DNA from: Actinomycetota bacterium
Lineage (GTDB): Bacteria > Actinomycetota > Thermoleophilia > Gaiellales > Gaiellaceae
NCBI GenBank assembly: GCA_046730515.1
Contig: JBKPJA010000007.1
Coordinates: 1 to 42,651, forward strand
Reading direction: 5' to 3'
Length of the DNA stretch: 42,651 bases
Numbering within the stretch: position 1 is the first letter of the stretch; every line of letters starts with the position of its first letter. This document shows positions 1-10,300 of this stretch, piece after piece. The translations under genes and the position numbers were made by a program. The notes under the pieces are model-generated. The model did not search any database. It saw only the letters and a program-made list of their open reading frames with translations, and was not told the origin of the DNA.

Positions 1-471
1 GAACGCGACCGCGGCGAGCTTGCGTTGCTCGAAGCAGCGCTCGCGCGCGACATGCCTGTGCTCGCGATCTGCCGCGGGTCTCAGGTACTCAACATCGCGC
101 GCGGCGGTGACCTCGTCCAGCACCTGCCGGATGTCGTCGGCGACGAGAAGCACAAGCACACTCCCGGCACGTTCGCGGATCACGACGTGATACTCGACGA
201 GGGGACGAAGCTGGCCGGTGTCCTCGGCGGCCATTCGCCGGTGAAGTCCCACCATCACCAGGGGTTCGGCCGTGTCGGCGACGGATTGCGCGTGGCCGCT
301 CACGCGGAGGACGGAACGATCGAAGCGGTCGAGGCGACCGACCGCCGTTTCACCGTCGGTGTCCTGTGGCATCCGGAGGCCGGCGAGGACGAGAAGCTGT
401 TCGCGGAACTGGTGCGCGAGGCGGCGCGTTACCGCTTAGAGTCGCAGCGCCAAAGAGAGGAGGTGGCCTGA
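1..471 (+). CDS. class I glutamine amidotransferase / gamma-glutamyl-GABA hydrolase-like protein (peptidase C26, PuuD-like), 5'-truncated by window edge
   Basis: Frame-1 ORF is open to the window edge. It has LAICRGSQVLN (nucleophile Cys elbow) and HHHQG...WHPE motifs typical of PuuD-type amidotransferases. No start codon lies inside the window. Confidence 0.75.
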   Translation, partial: ERDRGELALLEAALARDMPVLAICRGSQVLNIARGGDLVQHLPDVVGDEKHKHTPGTFADHDVILDEGTKLAGVLGGHSPVKSHHHQGFGRVGDGLRVAAHAEDGTIEAVEATDRRFTVGVLWHPEAGEDEKLFAELVREAARYRLESQRQREEVA

Positions 472-828
472 ATGGCCAATCCAGTTGCGTGGTTCGAGAT
501 CGTCGGCAAGGACGCCGACACGCTGCAGAAGTTCTACGGTGACGTCTTCGGCTGGAAGTACGAACAGGCGCCGGGGCCGATGAAGTACGGGATGGTCTCC
601 GCCGGGGACGGCGGTATCGGCGGCGGCGTGGGGCAGGCCCAGGAGGGGCCGGGTCACGTGACGGTCTACGTCGAGGTCGACGATCCGCAGGCGTACCTCG
701 ACAAGGTCGAGCAGCACGGCGGCAAGACCGTGATGCCGGTGACGGACGCCGGGATGGTCACATTCGCCCTGTTCACCGATCCCGAGGGTCACATGGTCGG
801 TGTCTTCAAGGGCGGAGGCCGAGGCTAG
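472..828 (+). CDS. VOC (glyoxalase/bleomycin-resistance fold) family protein
   Basis: 118-aa ORF whose ATG abuts the upstream stop (TGAATG). The N-terminus PVAWFEIVGKD..FYGDVFGW and the C-terminal FTDPEGHMVGV are typical of VOC proteins. Confidence 0.75.
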   Translation: MANPVAWFEIVGKDADTLQKFYGDVFGWKYEQAPGPMKYGMVSAGDGGIGGGVGQAQEGPGHVTVYVEVDDPQAYLDKVEQHGGKTVMPVTDAGMVTFALFTDPEGHMVGVFKGGGRG

Positions 829-839
829 GACAAGTGCAG

Positions 840-874
840 AAGGGTCAGGCCCCTCTGTGCTCTGACCCTTTTTT
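840..874 (+). terminator. intrinsic terminator-like hairpin with T tract
   Basis: AAGGGTCAG (840-848) pairs with CTGACCCTT (862-870) and is followed by TTTT. It sits 12 nt after the VOC stop codon. Confidence 0.5.
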
Positions 875-885
875 AAGGTAGGCCG

Positions 886-2232
886 GTGAGCATCACCGTC
901 GTCAATCCCGCGACAGTGCAGACGATCGCCGAGCTCGACGCTGCGGGAATCGAGGAGACAGACGCGGCCGTCGCCCGCGCGACGGCGGCGTTTCCTCGGT
1001 GGCGTGCCGTCACCCCGCCGGATCGCGCGCGACTGTTGCGCCGGCTCGCGTCGCTGGTCGAGGAGCACGGCGAGGAGCTCGCACGGATCGAGTCACAGAA
1101 CGTGGGCAAGCCGATCGCCGGCGCACGCGCGGAGGTCGGGATGGTCGCGGAGGTCTTCCACTTCTACGCCGGCGCGGTCGACAAGCATCACGGCGCGACG
1201 ATCCCGGTCGCCGGCGGCGTCGACATGACCTTCCGCGAGCCGCTCGGCGTCGTCGGGCTGATCGTCCCGTGGAACTTCCCGCTGAACATCTCGAGCTGGA
1301 AGCTCGGGCCCGCGGTTGCGTGCGGGAACACCGTCGTGTTGAAACCCGCAGAGTTGACGCCGCTGTCGGCGTTGCGCCTCGCGGAGCTCGTGCTCGAGAC
1401 GGGCATCCCTGAGGGCGTTGTCAACATCCTCGTCGGGCCGGGCCGCGTGGTCGGACAGCGCCTCGTCGAGCATCCCGACGTCGCCAAGATCGGCTTCACC
1501 GGCTCGACCGAGGTGGGGCGCGGCGTGATGCAGGGCGCGGCCGGGACGATCAAGCGTGTCACGCTCGAGCTCGGCGGCAAATCGGCGAACATCGTCTTCG
1601 CAGACGCCGATCTCGAACGGGCGGCTGCGTCCGCGCCCTATGCGGTGTTCGACAACGCCGGCCAGGATTGTTGCGCGCGTTCGCGCATCCTCGTCGAGCG
1701 CTCCGTCTACGACCGCTTCAGTGAATTGCTCGTCGCCGCCACGCGCGGGGTCAAGGTAGGCGACCCGCAGAGCGAGGAGACGGAGATGGGCCCGCTGATC
1801 TCTGCACAGCAGCGCGAGACCGTCGCCTCCTTCGTCGACGGCAATCCGTTGTTCCGCGGCGAAGTTCCCGCTGGACCCGGGTTCTGGTTTCCGTGCACCC
1901 TTGTCGAGGCGACCAACGACGACCGCGTTGCGCGCGAGGAAGTGTTCGGCCCGGTCGCGGCGCTGATCCCCTTCGACGACGAGGACGACGCGATCCGAAT
2001 CGCGAACGACACGCCGTACGGCCTGTCGGGGTCGATCTGGACGGAGAACGGCGCGCGCGCCTTGCGTGTCGCGCGGGCCCTCGAGACCGGAGTGCTGTCG
2101 ATCAACTCCAATACGTCGGTGCGGCCGTCGACCCCGTTCGGCGGCTTCAAGCAGTCGGGCTTCGGCCGTGAACTCGGGATGCACGCGCTCGACGGTTACT
2201 CGGAAGTGAAGAACGTCTTCGTGGCGATGTGA
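886..2232 (+). CDS. NAD(P)-dependent aldehyde dehydrogenase
   Basis: 448-aa ORF with a GTG start. It has the ALDH motifs GFTGST, ELGGKS and the catalytic-Cys region GQDCCARSR. Confidence 0.9.
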   Translation: MSITVVNPATVQTIAELDAAGIEETDAAVARATAAFPRWRAVTPPDRARLLRRLASLVEEHGEELARIESQNVGKPIAGARAEVGMVAEVFHFYAGAVDKHHGATIPVAGGVDMTFREPLGVVGLIVPWNFPLNISSWKLGPAVACGNTVVLKPAELTPLSALRLAELVLETGIPEGVVNILVGPGRVVGQRLVEHPDVAKIGFTGSTEVGRGVMQGAAGTIKRVTLELGGKSANIVFADADLERAAASAPYAVFDNAGQDCCARSRILVERSVYDRFSELLVAATRGVKVGDPQSEETEMGPLISAQQRETVASFVDGNPLFRGEVPAGPGFWFPCTLVEATNDDRVAREEVFGPVAALIPFDDEDDAIRIANDTPYGLSGSIWTENGARALRVARALETGVLSINSNTSVRPSTPFGGFKQSGFGRELGMHALDGYSEVKNVFVAM

Positions 2233-2999
2233 TGGCCCGTCTCGAAGGCAAGGTCTGTGTGATCACCGGCGCCGGCGGGGGAATGGGCCGAGAGGCCGCG
2301 CTCCTGTTCTGCGACGAGGGCGCACGCGTCTGCGCTGCGGACATCGACGGTGCCGCGGCCGAGCAGACCGCCTCGGACGCACGCGACGCATTCGCGGTGC
2401 AGGTCGACGTCGCCGATCCGGAGAGCGTGAGGCGGATGTACGACGAGACCGCCGAGCGGTACGGCGGGATCGACGTCCTCTACAACAACGCGGGGATCTC
2501 CCCCGCAGACGACGGTTCGATTCTCGAGACGGAAGCGGATGCGTGGCAGCGGGTCCAGGACGTGAACACGAAAGGCGTCTACTTGTGTTGCAAGCACGGC
2601 ATCCCGCATCTGCTCGAGCGAGGGGCAGGATCGGTCATCAACGTCGCCTCGTTCGTCGCGCTCGTCGGCGCTGCGACGTCGCAGATCTCCTACACCGCGT
2701 CGAAGGGAGCCGTTTTGTCGCTGAGCCGTGAGCTGGCGGTGCAGTTCGCGCGGCAGGGGATTCGCGTCAACGCGCTCTGCCCAGGCCCCGTCGAGACGCC
2801 GCTCCTCCTGAGGATCTTCGGCGACGACCCGGCGGCCTACGAACGGCGGCGCGTGCACTTGCCGATGGGACGACTTGCGAAACCGCGCGAGATCGTCAAC
2901 GCCGCGCTGTTCCTTGCGAGCGACGAGTCGTCGTATGTGACCGGTGCAACCTTCCTGGTCGACGGCGGCCTCACGGCTGCGTACGTCACCCCTGAGTAG
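2229..2999 (+). CDS. SDR family oxidoreductase
   Basis: Has TGAGGGMG (TGxxxGxG), NNAG and YTASK (YxxxK) motifs. Its start (GTG 2229 or ATG 2232) overlaps the ALDH stop codon. Confidence 0.9.
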   Translation: MMARLEGKVCVITGAGGGMGREAALLFCDEGARVCAADIDGAAAEQTASDARDAFAVQVDVADPESVRRMYDETAERYGGIDVLYNNAGISPADDGSILETEADAWQRVQDVNTKGVYLCCKHGIPHLLERGAGSVINVASFVALVGAATSQISYTASKGAVLSLSRELAVQFARQGIRVNALCPGPVETPLLLRIFGDDPAAYERRRVHLPMGRLAKPREIVNAALFLASDESSYVTGATFLVDGGLTAAYVTPE

Positions 3000-3054
3000 T
3001 GGGAGGCGCCGAGATGGGTTTCCCGTCGTCTCGGGCGCTACGCTCCGTGTGCCG

Positions 3055-3140
3055 GCGGGCGTGGCGGAATTGGCAAACGCGCTGGGTTTAGGTCCCAGTG
3101 GGGCGCAAGTCCCTTGGAGGTTCGAGTCCTCTCGCCCGCA
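3055..3140 (+). tRNA. tRNA-Leu (anticodon TAG)
   Basis: Manual cloverleaf fold. Acceptor GCGGGCG/CGCCCGC; anticodon stem CTGGG/CCCAG with loop TTTAGGT; 17-nt long variable arm; T-arm GGAGG-TTCGAGT-CCTCT; discriminator A. No CCA is encoded. Confidence 0.9.
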
Positions 3141-3264
3141 CTCCCGTCGAAAGTCCGGCCGCTTTCGCAGCCATGACGACTTTCGAGGGGGCATTCTCGC
3201 GACAAGCGTGAGTGAGCCGCGGCCGCGCATGTCGGCCGCGACGGCAGATGTATTCAGTGTGTGC

Positions 3265-3522
3265 ATGGCACAGCGGTCGCCGAGCAATCTGCCGCTCTGG
3301 GCGCGGGCCTATCGCGCCGCGTCGTCGGCGACCCTCCTCATGCTGATCCTCGGCACGCTTGCGGCTGCCGCCCGGCAACGTTTTGGGGCTTATCTCTTGA
3401 TCGCTTATCTCGTGGTGCAAATCGGACTCCACATCGGGATTGGTCTTTACGGCTACCGCGAGGTGATGGGGCGGGAGTGGCCTGCCGTTCCCCCGCTATC
3501 CGACGACGACGACGACGATTAG
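3265..3522 (+). CDS. hypothetical small membrane protein with poly-Asp C-terminus
   Basis: This is the 3' part of ORF 2944..3522, downstream of the tRNA. It has two hydrophobic segments (ATLLMLILGTLAAAA, AYLLIAYLVVQIGLHIGIGLYGY) and ends in DDDDDD, encoded by (GAC)5GAT. No clear SD; start uncertain (ATG 3229 is also possible). Confidence 0.35.
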   Translation: MAQRSPSNLPLWARAYRAASSATLLMLILGTLAAAARQRFGAYLLIAYLVVQIGLHIGIGLYGYREVMGREWPAVPPLSDDDDDD

Positions 3523-3525
3523 CGA

Positions 3526-4107
3526 TTAACCGACGAGGCGCTCGATTTTCGTTGCCGCCCGCGCCAGCGCCGCCTCGTCGAAGAGGTACGGCGTCGCGTT
3601 CGCCAGCCGGTGCGTCGGTCCGTCGAGGTCGTCGCTGCCGTCCCCGGCGTTGATTGCATAACGAAGAGGGATCTCGTGTGTGACCACGAGGATTTGCGAT
3701 TCGGGGCGATCGATCAACCTGCGGTACGCGCGCGCGTATCGGCGCGCCGCGTCGTTCAACGACTCTCCACCGGGAAAGACATCGTCGCGTGTATGACCCC
3801 GTTTCCAGTCGCGATAGTCGTCGAGCGTCTTCCCTTCGAGCTCGCCGATGTCGATGTCGTCGAGCAACGGCTCGGTCTCGAAGGGCACATCGCGTCCGGC
3901 GAGCGCGATCTCCGCGGTCTCGCGCGTGCGGCCGAAGCGTGAGTGCACGCAGACCTCGATCGGAACGTGCGCGACCTGTCGCCCGAGGAGTCGGGCCTCG
4001 TCGCGCCCCTTGGCGGTCAACGCGACGGGCACCGATGGATCGCCGTTCACCCGGCGCTCCAGGTTGAGTGTGGACTCGCCGTGGCGCGCGACGACGTAGA
4101 GACGCAT
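3526..4107 (-). CDS. histidine phosphatase (phosphoglycerate mutase) family protein
   Basis: Has the RHGES catalytic motif directly after the proposed start (MRLYVVARHGESTLN) and a downstream VVTHEIPLR His motif. I chose ATG 4107 over the ORF-track start 4152. Confidence 0.8.
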   Translation of the reverse strand: MRLYVVARHGESTLNLERRVNGDPSVPVALTAKGRDEARLLGRQVAHVPIEVCVHSRFGRTRETAEIALAGRDVPFETEPLLDDIDIGELEGKTLDDYRDWKRGHTRDDVFPGGESLNDAARRYARAYRRLIDRPESQILVVTHEIPLRYAINAGDGSDDLDGPTHRLANATPYLFDEAALARAATKIERLVG

Positions 4108-4145
4108 CGGACCGAGCCTATAACTCGTCTGGTCTAATGGTCTGA

Positions 4146-5486
4146 ATGGCACCTGTCGTCGAGCAGCTTCCGGACAACAAAGTCCGCATTACCGTGGACG
4201 TCTCGCGCGAGGACGTCCACCATGCAGTCGAGCACGCAGCCTCCGACCTCGCCGCGAGCGTCAAGATCCCGGGCTTTCGGAAGGGCAAGGTGCCGCGCCC
4301 GGTGCTGGTGTCGCGCATCGGCAAGGAGCGCCTCTACACCGAGGCAATCGAGAGTCACATCGGCGGCTGGTACGGGAACGCGGTCGCGCGCGCAGGGATC
4401 CGTCCCGCCGACCGTCCCGAGCTCGACTACGAGCTGCCGGCTTCGGACAGCGAGGACTGGCGCTTCACCGCGACCGTCCCTGTGCTGCCCAAGCCCGAGC
4501 TACCCGACTGGACGCAGCTCGAGGTCGCGGCGCCAGAAGGGGAGGTGCCGGTGGAGCTCGTCGACGCGGAGCTGGACGTGCTGCGAGGGACCGTTGCGGA
4601 GCTTGTCCAGGCGGATCGGGCCGCGCAACCCGGCGACACGGTGGTCGTCGACCTCGTTCGTGAGGACGGCGACAGCAGCCAGCGCGACTACGTCGTCGAG
4701 CTCGGCTCCGGGCGGCTGATTCTCGAGCTCGAGGAGCAGCTCGTCGGTATGTCCCCCGGGGAGACACGGGAGATCCGGTTCGAGGTACCGGGCGACAACC
4801 TCGCGATCGTGCAGGCGACCGTCAAGGAAGTGAAGGAGAAAGTCCTGCCGCCGCTCGACGACGAGCTGGCGCGGGCTGCGTCAGAGTTCGACACCCTGGA
4901 CGAGCTGCGCTCGGAGATCGAGGGTCGTCTCCAGGCGCAGCTGGACGCGCAGGCGAAGGAGGCGCTGCGCCGAAACGCTCTTGACGCACTCGTCGAGGCA
5001 GCGAGAGTCGATCCATCCGGCCCGCTGGTCGATACGCGCACGCGGACGCTGCTGCGCGAGCTCGACGAATCGATGCGCCGCCGAGGCGGCACGCTCGACA
5101 CCTATCTCCAGGTAACCAACACATCGGCGGAGGAGTTGGTCGCGCGGGTCCACGAAGAGGCAAAGCGGTCGGTTGCGGGCGAGCTCGTGCTCGAGGCGGC
5201 GGCCGACCAGCTCGGAATTGAGGTCTCCGACGAGGACGTCGACGCTTCGATTCGCGAACGGTTCGAGGAACCCGAACGAGTGATCGCGCAGCTCCGCGAG
5301 AGCGGCGTGTACGAGCAGGAGCGTCAGAGCCTGCGCATGGCCCGCGCGCTGGATCGCATCGCGGCGGAGGTCAAGCCGATCTCACTGGAGCAGGCCGAGG
5401 CGCGTGAGGCAATCTGGACCCCGGACAAGGAAAAGCCCAAGACCGAGACGAAACTGTGGACCCCCGGCAGCAAGGAGCGTGCATGA
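4146..5486 (+). CDS. tig: trigger factor
   Basis: Has the ribosome-binding signature GFRKGKVP near the N-terminus. The 446-aa length and its position upstream of clpP-clpX also fit. Confidence 0.9.
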   Translation: MAPVVEQLPDNKVRITVDVSREDVHHAVEHAASDLAASVKIPGFRKGKVPRPVLVSRIGKERLYTEAIESHIGGWYGNAVARAGIRPADRPELDYELPASDSEDWRFTATVPVLPKPELPDWTQLEVAAPEGEVPVELVDAELDVLRGTVAELVQADRAAQPGDTVVVDLVREDGDSSQRDYVVELGSGRLILELEEQLVGMSPGETREIRFEVPGDNLAIVQATVKEVKEKVLPPLDDELARAASEFDTLDELRSEIEGRLQAQLDAQAKEALRRNALDALVEAARVDPSGPLVDTRTRTLLRELDESMRRRGGTLDTYLQVTNTSAEELVARVHEEAKRSVAGELVLEAAADQLGIEVSDEDVDASIRERFEEPERVIAQLRESGVYEQERQSLRMARALDRIAAEVKPISLEQAEAREAIWTPDKEKPKTETKLWTPGSKERA

Positions 5487-6076
5487 CCCCTGAGAATCTC
5501 GTCATCCCGTCAGTCATCGAGCAGACCTCGCGAGGCGAGCGTTTCTTCGACATCTACTCGCGACTGCTCAACGAGCGGATCATCTTCCTGGGTACCCCGA
5601 TCGACGATCAGGTTGCGAATCTCACAATCGCCCAGCTGATCCATCTCGAGTCGGAAGACCCCGACAAGGACATCTCCATCTACATCAACTCGCCGGGTGG
5701 CCAGGTGTACTCCGGGCTGGCGATCTACGACACCATGCAGTTCATCAAGCCCGATATCCAGACGATCTGCGTCGGGATCGCCATGTCCATGGGCGCGGTG
5801 ATCCTCTCCGGGGGAACGGAAGGGAAGCGGCTCGCGCTGCCGAACGCCAAGATCCTGATCCACCAGGTCTCAGGGGGGTTCCAGGGGCAGGCGACGGATA
5901 TCGAGATCCAGGCGCGGGAGACGATCGCCCTCAAGCGCCGGCTCGAGGAGATCCTGGCCGAGCACACCGGGCGCGACCAGGAGCAGGTGGCCAAGGACAT
6001 GGAGCGGGACTACTTCATGACCTCGCAAGAAGCGCTGGAGTACGGCATCATCGACAATGTGATCGCGCATCGGTAG
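5483..6076 (+). CDS. clpP: ATP-dependent Clp protease proteolytic subunit
   Basis: Strong ClpP similarity ([27 protein letters not shown] catalytic Ser region, LIHQ). ATG 5483 overlaps the tig stop codon (ATGA). Confidence 0.95.
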   Translation: MTPENLVIPSVIEQTSRGERFFDIYSRLLNERIIFLGTPIDDQVANLTIAQLIHLESEDPDKDISIYINSPGGQVYSGLAIYDTMQFIKPDIQTICVGIAMSMGAVILSGGTEGKRLALPNAKILIHQVSGGFQGQATDIEIQARETIALKRRLEEILAEHTGRDQEQVAKDMERDYFMTSQEALEYGIIDNVIAHR

Positions 6077-6109
6077 ACGGATCCGGCGCGACGTACTAAA
6101 AGGAGACCC

Positions 6110-7378
<1,269 letters not shown>

Positions 7379-7387
7379 GGTTCGCCG

Positions 7388-10300
7388 TTACTCCTCCGGC
7401 TCGCGCCGGATCTTTAGCCCTTTCGGCTTCACGGACAATCGGCGTGCCGCGACGTGCCTCTCCGCTCGTCGAGGCCGCTTGACCTCGGGCTGGGCGCGCT
7501 CCGGAGGCTGCGGTGGGAGGTGCACCCAGGTCGCCCGCGACGGGACGCCGTGCCTTTCCGTGATGAACAGCATGTACCAGCCGGGCGGTGCGATGTTCGG
7601 CTCTCGCGGGATGCGCACTTCGAGACGGCAGAAAGTGCGCCGCGCGATCGGGAGGTCGACGAGCCGTTGCTCCGTGTCGACGGAATGTGTGGTCGCCATG
7701 GGGCGGATGAGCTGGGCCCAGCGAATGTCGCGCGCCTGAGGCGTGTGGATCTCGATCGTCTCGCCGTAAGCGACGTGGTGCGGCGCCTCGTCGATGAAGG
7801 GCCGCGGACCCTTGAACAAATAGGGCGGGTGGTAGAGCTCGAGCCTGAGCTCGTCATCGCGCCGATGCGGGTTGGAACCGGCTGTGATCACGCGTGCATC
7901 GGGGAGAAGCAACGCCACCGAGTGGTAGAGCCGTGGAACAGTCGCCTTTGCCCCGAGCACCCAGTTCCCTGAACCGGGGTGGTAGGTCTCGGCATACAAC
8001 GCGGCTTGCGTCGGATCTTCACCCGCGCCGCTGCCGCCGGTCGCCACCACCGTGCGGTCCGGAAGGATGACTGCGTTCACGTGCATTCGCGCTTCGTGCA
8101 GGCTCCCTGTTGCGACGTACTTCTTCGTCGCAGCGTTGAGATCGATGACATGCGCAGCGGTGATCGCCGGATCTCCGCCGCCGAGGATGAGGACCTTCTG
8201 CTCCTGTGCCGGCGGTAGGAGGACGCTGGCGCCCTGGTCGCGATGGTCGAGATCGAACGACGCGGGGATCGTGACGCCCGTGAGCCCTGCACCAGGGTTG
8301 GCGAGGTTCAGGATTCCCGGCTTGAGCCCGCCGCTCCCGCCGAGGTGGGCACCGCTGTAGAAGATGCGGCCGTTCTTGAGCAGCGTGAGGTGGGGGTAGA
8401 GCGGCCAGCCTTGCCCGGCCTGCTGGCGGGTCCAGCCGGTTACGGATGAGTAGATCTCATCGCGATTCGGCCCACCGGACGTAACGAGGATGCGACCGTC
8501 GCCCAGCGTCAAGAGCGTCGGGTACCAGCGACCCTCGGCCATGTCCTGCACACGGATCCAGTCTTCGGAGGCGGGATCGAAGAAGTAGCCGTCCGGCAAT
8601 CCGGTGAAGCCGTAATCCTTCGTTCCGCCGGCGACGAAGAGACGTCCGTCCGCAAGGAAGGACTGGCCGGCGCAGAAGAAGTCGGTCGGTGTGAACGGCT
8701 GGTAGAACGAGCCGTGCTCGTAATCCCAGACGATGCTGCGCAAGCCGGTCGTGTAGAGCTCGTCGTTCCCGGAGCCGGCGAAGAAGAGAATCTTCCCGGT
8801 GTGCATGAGCGCAGCGTGAACGGCCAGGACTTGCGAGTCGCAAGGCAGGAGCTCCCACACGCCCTGCGTGGCCGCCTCGCTCAGGTCGAGCGGGGTCGCT
8901 GTCATTCCTCCCATGCCGCTCATCGGTCCCATGGGAGGCGGCGGCGCAGGCATGACGTGCGGCGACGGCATCGTCATCGTCTCGCCGTCCTGCTTCGGTT
9001 TCCCGCCGTCACGCGGCCGCTTGCGCGGGCGGCAGCGGTAGATGTCCACGACGGGACATTCGTTCGCGCCGTCGTCGAGCGGTAGCGTCAGCGGAAGCGC
9101 CTTCAGTGCGTCTTCCGTCAGCCACACCCACTCATGTGCGCGAACGAGTCCGGCGAGTCCGCGCATCATGTGCTCCTCGATGTGACAGTGAAAGAGGAAG
9201 TCGCCTTTCACACGGACTCGGCAGGCGTCCGGCGGTGGGTCGCACTGCAGCTCCTCGAGCTCGCACGGTAGTCGGAGTGCGCGCGGCACTTCGGTCTCCG
9301 TGACAAAGCTCTCGACCGGACTCAAACCGTGCACGTCGGCCGCACCGCCCGGGGGTTTCGGTAGTCGCCAGCGCGCCGAGTGCGGATGGAAGTTGTGCCA
9401 GACGCCCGCCAGGTCGAGGTTGAAGAGGAACCAGCGGAGGTGTTGACGGCTCTGGGCGACGATAGTCGGGGTATTGCCAACGAAAGCACGGCCGTTCAGG
9501 CAGAACGTGGAGGCGCCGCCACCGTCGGAGACGACGATGTGGTCGTGGTTCGCCTCGGTTTCGTCGTTTCGCCACGTCACGGTCGTGCCGGGAGGAACCT
9601 GCAGGATCTGCGGCTTCCACTGGTTGTCGATCGCTCGGATTTGAGGCGGCGGCCCCGGCGCGGGCGCTCCGGCGCTTACCTGCACCTCGCCCCACATCGT
9701 CGGGCCGTGGATCTGGCAGTGGTACCGACACGTCCCCTCATCGGTGCCGAACGGGAACTGAAACGTGTCTCCCGGCGTCAGCGTGTTGCTGAGGAAGCTG
9801 CACTCGATGCCCGTCCCCACCATCTCATGGACGAACATCGGCACCTCGTGATCCGGGCACGGAGCCGCGGGATCGCGAACGATGAGCCCACCGAAGAGCC
9901 CGCGGTTGACCATTTGCGCGACGTTGTGGGAGTGGTCGTGGAATGCCCACGCGCCGATCGTTTCCTCGGTCGCGTCGAACACGTATGTCCAGCGCTCTCC
10001 CGGACGAATCTCGTCACTCCTCCGCCCGTCCGGGGCGTGCACGCCGAACGGCCACGCTCCATCGGAGTCGATCCCGTACTTGACGCCGTGGACGTGGAAG
10101 CTGTGGCACGCATCGGGATCGCCGTTCAAGACGTGGATGTGGAGGCGCTCACCGGGACGGGTCCACAGAAGGGCCCCGGGAACGCGCCGGTTCCACGGCG
10201 GCTCGTTGACGTCGGCGGGCACCAGCTTCGCTGTATTGGGAACGGTGTAGTCCGGGTCGAGGTACTCGCGGTAGACGATCGCGTTGACGGTCGCGGCAGC

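Noticed and set aside
2944-3264. 5' part of ORF 2944..3522, which runs through the tRNA-Leu gene.
   Set aside because: It covers a confidently folded tRNA and the SDR 3' end. Only the membrane-like 3' part from 3265 is kept, at low confidence.
7379-7387. Convergent gene ends with almost no spacer: clpX/oxidase 9 nt, 3523-3525 3 nt, and Gfo/iclR stop codons overlapping at 41704-41707.
   Set aside because: Noted as a genome style feature. Compact convergent ends without hairpins are common in high-GC genomes. Nothing in the sequence suggests a specific element.
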